This document shows positions 1-9,309 of a stretch of DNA of 64,000 nucleotides, piece after piece. The translations under genes were made by a program, and so were the position numbers. The stretch's first letter is position 1. Every line of letters begins with the position of its first letter. Under the pieces are notes generated by a model. The model worked only from the letters and a program-made list of their open reading frames with translations. It was not told the origin of the DNA and made no database searches. This stretch comes from an uncultured Chloroflexia bacterium (GTDB taxonomy: Bacteria; Chloroflexota; Limnocylindria; Limnocylindrales; CSP1-4): assembly GCA_963835945.1 (NCBI GenBank), contig CAWIHR010000011.1, positions 2,447-66,446 on the forward strand, read 5' to 3'.

Positions 1-300
1 GGAGCGGAAGCGGCGCACGTCACCCGTCTCGCCGAGCAGCTTGGCGGCCAGCAGCACGCCGATGCCGGGCAGCCGGGGCAGGACGATCCGCTGGCTGTGA
101 CGAGTTCTGCGAGCTGTCCCTCGAGGTCGCCGATCTCGCGGTCCAGGGCACGCAGGCGGGCCAGCCGTCTCCGGGCGAGCTGGCTCACGAAGTCTCCCCA
201 CCGCGTGCGCAGCGCGGCCACATCTCCAGCCGCAAGATGGCAGCATCGGTTTGGACGCTCCGGATAGGTCGCGCGCAGGAGCGCCGATGACGTTGGAACG
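1..300 (-). mobile_element. IS110-family transposase gene remnant (C-terminal half only, runs off the left edge, frame broken)
   Basis: Reverse-strand translation of 1-75 gives RLPGIGVLLAAKLLGETGDVRRFRS, the helix-hairpin-helix motif typical of IS110 transposases. 105-189 gives VSQLARRRLARLRALDREIGDLEGQLAELV (coiled-coil linker) in a different frame, so a break lies near 95-105. There is no room upstream for the N-terminal catalytic domain. Confidence 0.6.
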
Positions 301-409
301 GAGACCGCCGGCATGACCATGACACACCACTACACGGCCCCCTCGCGCCTCACCCGGGCAGCGTACCGGCTTCTCAGACCCCCTCAGGGCGGGCTATCTG
401 CGACGGCTC

Positions 410-832
410 GTGGCGTCGCTCGAGCTGACGGGCAGCGAGCGCGTCCTCGACTTCGGCTCCGGGGCGGGCTCGGAGGCCGTCTACCTTGCCAAGGCCCTCG
501 AGAGCGGCGGCCGGCTGACCTGCCTTGACGTCTCACCGAGCTGGCTCGCGGAGGCGCGGCGCCGGCTGCGCCGCTTCGGCAACGTCGAGTTCCTCCTCGG
601 CGAGGCGCCGACGGTCGGCATGCCCCAAGCGACGTTCGACCTGATCCTCGCCCACTTCGTGCTGCACGACGTCGATCGGGCCGCTCTCCCGGCGGTGCTC
701 GCTGCCCTCGCCCGATCGCTCCGCCCGGAGGGTCGGTTCGTGGTGGTCGAAGCGGACACGGGCGCGGTTAGGTCGCATCGCAAGCTTAGGGGCAAAGGCA
801 GGCCATACGGCCGCGGAGCACGCTGGCGATAG
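410..832 (+). CDS. Class I SAM-dependent methyltransferase, short and probably 5'-truncated
   Basis: ORF 410-832 contains VLDFGSGAGSEAVYLA (motif I) and FDLILAHFVLHDV / LRPEGRFVVVE (post-I motifs). Only 12 codons precede motif I. The frame is closed by TGA at 320-322 with no earlier start. Confidence 0.55.
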   Translation: MASLELTGSERVLDFGSGAGSEAVYLAKALESGGRLTCLDVSPSWLAEARRRLRRFGNVEFLLGEAPTVGMPQATFDLILAHFVLHDVDRAALPAVLAALARSLRPEGRFVVVEADTGAVRSHRKLRGKGRPYGRGARWR

Positions 833-855
833 ACCAGGCGAGCCAGCTTCGTGCC

Positions 856-1420
856 TCAACCGGTCATCGCCGATGGCGGGTCGGGGGCATCGCCTGCCGC
901 GACGTCCTCGGGCCCGGATCCTGTTCCGAGCGCGCGGTCCAGCTCCCAGGCGATTGACACAGCCAGGAGCAGCCCGCGGCAGCGCCGCCTGGACCGCGTC
1001 GGTCAGATCGAGGCCGACCGCGATCTCGCCGGGCTGGATGCCGACGAGCGCGATCTGCTCGGGCAGCGTGCCCGCCAGCCGGCCCGTGGCGAGCAGGTCC
1101 CCGATCCCGACCTGGTGCGGCGAGACGTGGTTTGCAAGCGTCCCGTGGAGCGCGTCCCCGCGGAGCACCGCGACGTCCCCAGGAGCGCCATGGAGATTCA
1201 CGGCATCGATCAGCACGACCGCGCGCGCATCCTCGAGCATCGGTAGCAGGTCGAGGCCGAGGGTCCCGCCGTCGACTACCCGAGTGCGCGGTGGAAGCAC
1301 GTCTGGTCGCCCGTGACTCGCCCGCCCCACTAACTCGGCAGCGCGCACGCCCGCGCCCTCATCCCGGAGCAGGATGTTCCCGATCCCGATGACGAAGAGT
1401 TCTCCGTCCGGAAGGGTCAT
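856..1420 (-). pseudogene. [NiFe] hydrogenase maturation endopeptidase (HyaD/HybD family), one frame break as assembled
   Basis: The N-terminus MTLPDGELFVIGIGNILLRDEGAGVRAAE...VVLIDAV...SPHQVGIGDLL is typical of the family. After ...LTDAVQAALPR (about 973-982) the tracked ORF (533-1420) turns Arg/Pro-rich and runs antisense into the methyltransferase. The adjacent frame reads GLLLAVSIAWELDRALGTGSGPEDVAAGDAPDPPSAMTG and stops at TGA 856-858. Confidence 0.75.
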
Positions 1421-1425
1421 CGAGG

Positions 1426-2100
1426 CTATCCGTGAGAAGCGATGTAGGCCATGACCGCTGTCGACTCCACCGGCGCGGAGGAAGATGAGACATGATGAGG
1501 GTGTCCGTTTGCCAGCGCGCTCTGCAGGCGGTGGTCGGCGGTCCCTGCGTGCCCGCCGGGCCCCACGATCCGGGGATGATAGTCAAGGCGCGGGCTGCTC
1601 CTTCGGCACGCTCGTGGCGCCCTACAAGGTTCAAGAGACACCCAGCGCCAAGGATCCCCGAATACCAGCGCAGGGCCGGGCAGGCTAAGCAGCCGTGGCA
1701 CGTCGAGCGCCGGGGTGGCCTGCAGCACTTCGATGAGCACCTGCCGGGCCCGCACCCAGCCCTCGTGCAGCTGGCACAGCGGCTCCCCCGAGATGAGCCC
1801 ACAACGCTTGCCATCCTGCAGCACGCAGGCGTCCGGGACGGTGGGGCCCTCGATCGCCTCGATCACCTGGAGCAACGAAGGCGGGGTGGCCGGCCGCGCA
1901 TAGAGGTAACCGCCTGACGGGCCGGAACTGGAAACCACCCACCCGGCGCGCACCAACGGCCCCATCGCCCGGTGGATTTCGTCGGGCGCAGTCCAGGCCG
2001 ACTGCGCGAGTGCAGCTGCCGTCCAGACCCGTGGCTCGCGCGCCAGGATCCGCAGCGCTCTCAACCCGAAGTCCGTCCGGCGGCTCACCGAAAGCATCAT
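1426..2100 (-). CDS. Rrf2-family transcriptional regulator (three-Cys type), unusually long C-terminal tail
   Basis: The N-terminal winged helix MMLSVSRRTDFGLRALRILA is followed by Cys residues in DACVLQDGKRCGLISGEPLCQLHEGW. About 85 residues after the conserved domain are low-complexity and may reflect a lost stop. Confidence 0.75.
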   Translation of the reverse strand: MMLSVSRRTDFGLRALRILAREPRVWTAAALAQSAWTAPDEIHRAMGPLVRAGWVVSSSGPSGGYLYARPATPPSLLQVIEAIEGPTVPDACVLQDGKRCGLISGEPLCQLHEGWVRARQVLIEVLQATPALDVPRLLSLPGPALVFGDPWRWVSLEPCRAPRACRRSSPRLDYHPRIVGPGGHAGTADHRLQSALANGHPHHVSSSSAPVESTAVMAYIASHG

Positions 2101-2169
2101 CAGTGCATCCTCCCCTTGAGCCGCCCCCGCGTACGGCCCCGAATGGCCGCTGCAGGGCAGCCATGCCGG

Positions 2170-2967
2170 CTAGCGCAGCATCTCCTCCAGCTCGATCCCG
2201 CCGTCCCGCGCCGCGGCGACCTCGCGTCGCGTGGCGAACTTGAAGCCCGAGAAGATGCTCGACATGAGCCCGTTCTTCTCGACGTGGTCCACGAGCAGGG
2301 CCGAATACACGTGATGGACCATGAAGCCGAGGATCGCCCACATCACGAGGTGGTGGATCACGCGCACGGTTTGAACACCCAGCCCGTTCGCGATCCACCC
2401 GAAGAGGGCCACGACGACCGGGTTCCCATGCTGCGCCTCCAGCGCGAACCCGGTGAGCGTCTGCACCAGGAAGAGGAAGAAGACGATCAAGTAGGTGGCG
2501 GCGGCTAGCGCGTTGTGGCCGAGAATCCCGGGCAGCTCGCTCCGGATGAACAGGTACCACCCGGTCTGGGAGCGGAACTCGTTGAGGTGCTTGCGGTTGG
2601 TGGGAATGAACGCCCGCCATTGCGCAAACCGGTTGCCCCGGAACAGCCAATACGTCCGCACGATGCCGGAGCAGACGAAGACGTACGCCGTCAGCATATG
2701 GATGAAGCGGATGACTCCCATCGTGGCGCCGGTCTCGGGGATCAGGTACGGGTCGGCAATGTAGCCGCCGGTCAGGCTCAGGATGACCACGCAGGCCACC
2801 GTGACCCAGTGGGTGACCCGTACCGGGACCTCCCAGACATAGACGCGCACGCGCTGCCACGGGTGCGCGGAACGCAGGAGCGCCTCGCTTTCGGAGGCTG
2901 CGTCGAATGGGTGCTGGGCCGGCACCGGGACGGTGCCGGTTGCTCCGGGAGCGGCCGCCGCGTCCAT
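2170..2967 (-). CDS. Ni/Fe-hydrogenase b-type cytochrome subunit (HyaC/HupC-like)
   Basis: 265-aa ORF with four hydrophobic helices and the conserved motifs RVTHWVTVACVVILSLTGGYI, FIHMLTAYVF and VIHHLVMWAILGFMVHHVY. It lies directly downstream of the large subunit. Confidence 0.85.
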   Translation of the reverse strand: MDAAAAPGATGTVPVPAQHPFDAASESEALLRSAHPWQRVRVYVWEVPVRVTHWVTVACVVILSLTGGYIADPYLIPETGATMGVIRFIHMLTAYVFVCSGIVRTYWLFRGNRFAQWRAFIPTNRKHLNEFRSQTGWYLFIRSELPGILGHNALAAATYLIVFFLFLVQTLTGFALEAQHGNPVVVALFGWIANGLGVQTVRVIHHLVMWAILGFMVHHVYSALLVDHVEKNGLMSSIFSGFKFATRREVAAARDGGIELEEMLR

Positions 2968-2978
2968 GGCGCTCCCTC

Positions 2979-4686
2979 CTACGCCACGTCGATGCGCGTG
3001 GACGCGCCGCTGGCGGGGTCATAGACGTGGACCGCGCAGGCCAGGCACGGATCGAACGAGTGGACCGTGCGCAGGATCTCGACCGGGCGCGCGGGGTCGG
3101 CGATGGGGGTCCCGACGAGCGCCTCTTCCCAGGCGCCCCGGCGGCCTTGCGGATCCGCGGGCGATCCGTTCCAGGTGCTCGGGACGACGAGCTGGTAGTT
3201 GGTGATCGCCTGGTTATCGATGACAACCCAGTGGCCCAGCGAACCGCGTGGCGCCTCCTCCATGCCGTAGCCTTCGGCGTGCGCGGGCCAGCTGCTGGGG
3301 TCCCACAGCGAGACATCGGCGATCGCGAGGTCGCCGGTCTTGAGGTTGTTCTCCAGGTCGGTGAGCCAGCTCGCGGAGTTTGTTCGCCAGGATGCTGGTC
3401 TCGATGGCGCGGGCGGCGACGCGCCCGAGGGTGCTGAAGAGGGCGGTCGCCGGCACTTCAGCGACGAGAGCACGCCGTCGACCGCCTGCTTCACATCCGG
3501 CTGCCCGGAGGCGTAGGCGACCAGCATGCGCGCCAGAGGACCCACCTCCATGGGCTGGTCCTCGTACCGCGGGGCCTTGAGCCAGGTGTACTTGTCGACA
3601 CCAGCGAGCGACGTGAAGGGCGGCTGCGGCCCGGTGTAGTGGGGGTTGGTCTCGCCCTTCCAGGGGTGGTGGGGCGTCCCGTCGCCGTCCGAGTAGGTGT
3701 ACCAGGCATGGGCCACGTTCTCGGCCACGCTGGTCTGGTCGACGTCCTCGACCGTGGCGAGGTCGCGGCCCATGATCCGGCCGCGCGGCAGGTAGAACGT
3801 GCGCGGATCGGTCGGATTGCCTTGGGGGAACTCGCCGTAGGACATGTAGTTGCCGATGCCCTGCCCGTACCCCGCCCAGTCCTTGTAGAAGCCGGCCACG
3901 GCGAGCACGTCGGGATGTAGACCTGGTCGACGAAGGTCTGCGCCTGGGTGATCAACTCGGCGATCTCGTCCAGTCGTCGGAACGTCAGGGCCGTCGGCGA
4001 GGTGGGTCGACGCCCATGGCCATGCCGCCCACCAGGTAGGTCTGCGGGTGCGGGTTCTTGCCCCCCAGCAGCGCGTGGATGCGGATCACCTGGCGCTGCC
4101 AGTCGAGCGCCTCGAGGTAGTGCGCCACCGCGAGCAGGTTCGCCTCGGGCGGCAGCTTGTAGGCCGGGTGGCCCCAGTAGCCGTTGGCGAAGGGGCCCAG
4201 CTGGCCGCTCGCCACGAACGTCTTGAGCCGATCCTGGATGCCCTTGAAGTACGCCGTGCTGGAGAGCGCCCAGGGGCAGATGGACTGGGCGAGGTCGCTC
4301 GACTTGGCGGGGTCGGCCGACAGGGCGGAGACGACGTCGACCCAGTCGAGCGCGTGCAGGTGGTAGAAGTGGATGACGTGGTCCTGCACGTACTGGGTGC
4401 CCGCGATCAGGTTGCGGATGATGCGGGCGTTGGTGGGGATCGTCATCCCCAGAGCGTTCTCCACGGCGCGCACGGACGCGAGGGCGTGCACGGTGGTACA
4501 CACGCCGCAGGCACGCTGGGCGAAGATCCAGGCGTCGCGCGGGTCGCGCCCCCGCAGGATCAGCTCCATGCCCCGGAACATCGTGCCGCTGCTCCAGGCG
4601 TCGGTGACGACGCCGTTGGCGACCTCGACCTCGATGCGCAGGTGCCCCTCGATCCGGGTGATGGGATCGACGACGATGCGAGTCAT
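2979..4686 (-). pseudogene. [NiFe] hydrogenase large subunit (group 1 type), at least four frame breaks as assembled
   Basis: ORF 3985-4686 holds [15 protein letters not shown]...[11 protein letters not shown] (N-terminal Ni-binding motif). [28 protein letters not shown] is readable only in the frame of ORF 3491-5605. ORF 2979-3908 continues DVLAVAGFYKDW... and ends DPCLACAVHVYDPASGASTRIDVA. PATALFSTLGRVAARAIETSILANKLRE is readable only in the frame of ORF 3214-3456. The breaks lie near 4004-4007, 3911-3915, 3456-3459 and 3367-3372. Confidence 0.9.
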
Positions 4687-4689
4687 CGC

Positions 4690-5867
4690 TCAGGACACCT
4701 CCTGATCTGGGGCCCCCGGCGAGGGCGGGATCGCCGGCGGCGATCCACCGGGCAATGACTCCAAGGGCTCGATCGGTGGCTCGCGCCGCTGCCTGGCTGA
4801 CCCGCGGCGCGCGCGGACGTAGCTCGCGGTGCCGTGGACGGCGGTGAGGGCAGTCGACCACGCCCACAAAGGAGAGCCCGACCTGGTCGGCGGTGACGTC
4901 GACTGCGAAGCCGGGCGGGTTGGGCAGCCGCCGGTAGAAGGGGCTCATCTGGTCCCAGAAGCGGGGCATCGTGCAGCCCACACAGGGGTGGCCCGCCTTG
5001 ACCGGCCAGCTGGTGCGGTCGTTGAAGCGGACGGTGGGGCAGCTGGCGAACGTCTCGGGGCCCTTGCAGCCCATCTTGTAGAGGCACCATCCCAGGCGGT
5101 GGCCCTGGTCGCCCCAGGCCAGCACGTACTCGCCCGCGTCGAAGTGGGCGCGCCGCTCGCACTGGTCGTGGTTGAGCTGGCCGTAGGCGAACAGGGGACG
5201 GCCCATGCTGTCGGTGGCCGGGAAGCTGCCGAAGGTGAGGTATTGGACGATGGTCGCGGTGAGGTTCTGCACGTTCATGGGGCAGCCGGGGAGGTTGATG
5301 ACGGTCGCGTTGGGCACGACCTCGGAGACCCCGGTGGCGCCTGTGGGCCCGCCGTTCGCCCCTGGCAGACCGCCGTCGAAGGCGCAGGACCCGACCGCGA
5401 TCGTGGCGAGGGCGTTGCCGCAGACGTCTTCTACGATGGACCAGAAGGAGCGGCCGCCGACGGTGCAGTAGATCCCGTTCTCGGCGATCGGGATCGCGCC
5501 CTCCACGACCGCGATGTAGCCCTTCGGGTAGGCCGCCATGGTGTCCGTGAGGGACTTCTCGGCGGCGGTTCCCGCGGGCGCCATCAGCGTCTCGTGGTAG
5601 TTCACCGAGAGCGTGTCGAGGATGATCTCGGCCGCCGTGGGGTTGGACGCCCGCAGGAAGCCCTCGGTGTTGCCGGCGCAGTCCTGGCCCTCAATCCAGA
5701 CCAGCGGGATACGGGGGGCAGTGGCCAGGGCCTTGGCAATCTGCGGCGCCGAAGGACGCAGGCAGCGCGAGGTGCGCCGCCATCCCGCCGCAGAACTTCA
5801 GGAACGCTCGTCGCGAGACACCTCGCTGGGTCAGCACGCGGGGCAGGCTCCACCCATTTGGCTCCAT
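4690..5867 (-). pseudogene. [NiFe] hydrogenase small subunit with twin-arginine signal, two frame breaks as assembled
   Basis: ATG 5867 sits behind GGAGG. MEPNGWSLPRVLTQRGVSRRAFLKFCGGMAAHLALPASF is a Tat signal. After a break near 5745-5752 the sequence reads QIAKALATAPRIPLVWIEGQDCAGNTEGFLR. The body lies in ORF 3491-5605 (GSCAFDGG, PGCPMN, HDQCERRAHF, CKGPETFASCP, GHPCVGCTMPRFWD). After a break near 4860-4872 it reads TALTAVHGTASYVRARRG...DQEVS, with stop TGA 4690-4692 just before the large-subunit ATG at 4686. Confidence 0.9.
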
Positions 5868-5876
5868 GAGCCCCTC

Positions 5877-6443
5877 CTACGATGGCAATCGAACACGAGG
5901 GCCCCCGACGACCCGCGCCGACGCCTCCACTCCTCGGTCCCAGTGAACCTGCAGGACGTGTTTCTCCCTAGTTCGACCCTCGCTAGCTCGCCTCGACGCC
6001 GTGGCTTCCGCCAGCGCCGCGAGGCCGTCGACGGCGCGAATCAGGTCGCGCGCGATGGCCTGTTCCGGGAAGGGGTCGCCACCCGCTTCCGCGAAGTGTT
6101 TGGGCAACTCGTAGTCGATCTCGCTCTCGAGCACCGTCTCGCCGTCCCCGGCCGGGTTGAAGCGCCGGACCCACGTGAGCCGGCCGCCCTCCAGGGCCAT
6201 GCCGTTGATGGTGATGGCGACCGGCGGGCGCACCGAGGTCACCAGGTGGTGCATGGCGATCTGTCTTCCGGCAACGTTCATCACGGCGTCGAATGCGACC
6301 GGGGGCCCCTCGGGCGGGCCGCTGACTCTCGTGACCGTCGAGAAGAACGGATTCCACTCGGGAAGACGCTCCGCCTGCGTGGCGAGCCGAAACACCCGCT
6401 CGATAGGTGCCCGGATCACGCGGCGAGCCGCGATACGGGCCAC
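5877..6443 (-). CDS. SRPBCC (START / polyketide cyclase-like) family protein
   Basis: ARIAARRVIRAPIERVFRLATQAERLPEWNPFFSTV is the typical SRPBCC N-terminus. A GTG at 6443 is a plausible start, although the tracked ORF extends to 6653. The gene ends 10 nt before the small-subunit ATG. Confidence 0.6.
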   Translation of the reverse strand: MARIAARRVIRAPIERVFRLATQAERLPEWNPFFSTVTRVSGPPEGPPVAFDAVMNVAGRQIAMHHLVTSVRPPVAITINGMALEGGRLTWVRRFNPAGDGETVLESEIDYELPKHFAEAGGDPFPEQAIARDLIRAVDGLAALAEATASRRASEGRTREKHVLQVHWDRGVEASARVVGGPRVRLPS

Positions 6444-6934
6444 TCCACAGTCCTCTCCCTCAGGGTGCAGCGGGTCGGCCACCTGCAGCTTGGCGCACCT
6501 CCAGCGGCCGGCGTCAATGCCCCTGGTGGCCCGAACGGTGTGCCTCATTGCGGGCACGAGGTAGGGCCAATGGATGTGTCTCCAGGGGCCGTGGCGTGCC
6601 ATACGGCACAGGGGTCGCGTGTCCATATAGGGCGGTGTGGCAGTGTGCCTCAAGGACGTATCGGGTCACGGTGCGGATACTGGCACGGAAGACGCCGCCC
6701 GGGCCGGGGCAACCGGGAGCACGCGCGGCGCGGGCTCGCATCGCCAGCAGGCGTCGTGGAAGGAGCGGCGCGATGGCTCGCCGGCACTCATACGCACAGA
6801 CATCGCAGCGCCGCTTACGGATGGACTCCGGGTCAGGTGCCGGCCACCATCGGGGTCGGCCCGACGACAGGGCGCGCCGTCTCATGTCGCGACCTCGCCG
6901 TGCACGCCTGGCGTAGACGAACAGAGGGACTCCG

Positions 6935-7345
6935 ATGGCACAGCCTTTCGTGATCCAGCTCGACAATCGTCCTGGCGAGCTCGCGCATCTCGCTCGGGCA
7001 CTCGCGACGCGGGGCATCAGCATCCGGCACCTCGCCGGCAGCAGCGCCGGCAAGCAGATGGCCGCGATGCTCGAGACCGACGATGACCAGGTGACCCGCG
7101 AGGTGCTGCAGAGCATGGGGATGTCCTTCGTAGAAGGCGACACCCTCGTCGTCGAGGTCGAGGATCGGCCGGGGGCGCTTGCAGACTTCTCCGAGCGGCT
7201 CGGGCGGGCCGGGGTCAACATCACCGGCATCCTGGTCGCCGGGTGCCACAACGGGATGTGCGAGTTCCAGTTCTCGGTCGACGACGAGCAAACGGCCCGC
7301 GACGAGCTGGGGCTCCCTCGCGTCCACACCGTCGGGGCGCACTAG
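6935..7345 (+). CDS. Tandem ACT-domain protein
   Basis: Two ACT-like repeats: FVIQLDNRPGELAHLARALATRGISI and LVVEVEDRPGALADFSERLGRAGVNI. Confidence 0.7.
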   Translation: MAQPFVIQLDNRPGELAHLARALATRGISIRHLAGSSAGKQMAAMLETDDDQVTREVLQSMGMSFVEGDTLVVEVEDRPGALADFSERLGRAGVNITGILVAGCHNGMCEFQFSVDDEQTARDELGLPRVHTVGAH

Positions 7346-7403
7346 GCCGGCCACGGCGACGTGCCCGATCACGCCGCCGCAATGAACCTCGGGTGACGCG
7401 CCG

Positions 7404-8258
7404 ATGCACTGCATCGTCCTCGTGAAGCAGGTCCCCGACGTGGCGAACGTGCCCGAGGAGGCGTGGGACCGTGAGAAGGGCACGCTCCGGCGAGCCATGC
7501 TCGACAGCGTCCTGAACCCGCTCGACCTGCACGCGCTGACGCTGGCCCGGCGCATCGTGGGAGACGATCCAGCGCGCCAGGGTCGTGTACCTCTCGATGG
7601 GGCCGCCCCAGGCGCGCGAGACCCTGCGGGAGTGCCTCTCCCGGGTCCCCGGCCAGGCCATCCTGCTCACCGACCGATCCTTCGCGGGCGCGGACACCGT
7701 GGCGACGGCGTATTCGCTCGCCTGCGCGATCCGGCGGATCGAGCGAGAGCTCTTCGCGGGCAGCCGGGACTACGTGATCCTCGCCGGCATGCAGTCGGTG
7801 GATGGCGACACGGCCCAGGTGCCGCCGCAGATCGCGGAGGACCTCGGCATCGATCAGATCGCGTATGCGACGGACTTGACGCCCGGGCCCCCGCTCGTCG
7901 TCCGCCGGATCGGACCGGACGGCCCGCAGGAGGTCACGGCCCGGCGTCACCCGGTCCTCATCACGGTGACGGCCTGCACGGAGCCCGTGTACCGCTCCTT
8001 CCGCCTCGCTCGCGAGGCGCTCGAGTGTCCCATCAGCGAGTGGAGCGCGGTCTCGGTCGGCGCGCGGCGGAACGGATCGGGCTGCGCGGCTCGCGCACCC
8101 AGGTGTACCGACTCTTCTCGCCCACGGAGGAACGCGCGCGCTCGTGCGTGCTGGTCCATGACGCCGCGCAGCTCGTCGCGCTGATCGAGGAGCGCTACCA
8201 CGCGGCTCCCGGACCGTCAGCCGAGCTACGCAGAGGCGCCGTATGTCCTCGGCGATAG
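7404..8258 (+). pseudogene. etfB: Electron transfer flavoprotein beta subunit (EtfB/FixA), two frame breaks as assembled
   Basis: MHCIVLVKQVPDVANVPEEAWDREKGTLRRAMLDSVLNPLDLHALTLARRIV lies in frame 7404. The middle (VVYLSMGPPQARETLRECL...DTVATAYSLA...LAGMQSVDGDTAQVPPQIAEDLGIDQI...) is readable only in ORF 7585-8184. The end (ERIGLRGSRTQVYRLFSP...LVALIEERY) is back in the first frame. The breaks lie near 7568-7582 and 8060-8072. Confidence 0.85.
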
Positions 8259-9309
8259 GGAGCCAAGCTACCACGGGCCGTTCTGGGTCTATGCCGAGCG
8301 CGGCCCGCAGGGCGTCAGGTCGGTGTCGCTGGAACTGCTGGGCGCCGCCCGGGAGCTCGCGGGCTGCCTCGGCGAGCAGGTCGCAGCGCTGCTGCCGTGC
8401 GACGCGCCCGGCGGCGACGCCGACGAGCTCATCGCCTATGGGGCCGACACGGTCTACCTGGTCGAGCACCCCCTGCTGCGAACCTTCCTCCCTGCCCCTT
8501 ACACGCTGGCCATCGCGCCGCTCGTCCGGGAGCACCGCCCCCAGGCCGTCCTGTTCGGGGCGACCCCGCTGGGCCGCGAGCTGGCCCCGCGCGTCGCCTA
8601 CACCTGCGACTGCGGCCTCACCGCCGACTGCACGCGCCTCGACATCGGCGACTACGAGAAGGGTGGCCAGACGCGGGTCGGGATCCTGCGACAGACGCGG
8701 CCGGCGCTCGGGGGGAACGTCATGGCCACGATCATGACCAAGGACTGCCCGACCCAGATGGCCACCGTGCGTCCCGGCGTCCTGCCGCTGCCAGTCCGTG
8801 ACCCGACCCGCACGGGCGAGGTCATCCACGTGCTGCCCGATCTGTCCGGAGCCGAGATCGGCGTCGAGGTCAGGCCTCTGGCTGCTTCGAGTGTGACCGC
8901 CCCGCTCGGGGATGCGGCGGTCATCGTCGCCGGGGGGCGGGGGCTCCACTCGCGGACCCGTTTCGAGGCGCTGGTGTCGCCCCTGGCGGCCGCGTTCGCC
9001 CGCCGCCTGGGCGCGCATGGCGAGGTGGCCGCCTCCCGCATGGCGGTGGAGGATGGGTTCGCGCCGCGCGACCGGCAGGTGGGACAGACGGGGCAGACCG
9101 TGCGGCCGAAGCTCTACGTGGCGCTCGGCATCTCGGGCGCCGTGCAGCACATCTCAGGCATGCAGCAAGCGGCCACCATCGTGGCCATCAACAAGGACCC
9201 CCGGGCCCGCATCTTCAGCTACGCCGACCTGGGCTTGATTGGCGACCTCGAGACGGTGGTCCCGGAGCTGCTGCGCTCACTGGGCGAGGCGACATATGCG
9301 GCCCATTGA
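8243..9309 (+). CDS. etfA: Electron transfer flavoprotein alpha subunit (EtfA/FixB); start uncertain
   Basis: ORF 8323-9309 ends with LYVALGISGAVQHISGMQQAATIVAINKDPRARIF (FAD-binding signature). Homology (SYHGPFWVYAERGPQGVRSVSLELLG) continues upstream to about 8266 in the same frame, but with no start codon. ATG 8243 overlaps the etfB stop and joins this frame if one G is added to GGG 8258-8260. Confidence 0.85.

Noticed and set aside
3491-5605. 704-aa ORF that looks like one giant hydrogenase protein
   Set aside because: Only its first ~250 codons are the small-subunit body. After the break near 4860-4872 it reads through the large-subunit gene out of frame, apart from a short in-frame middle piece at 3915-4004.
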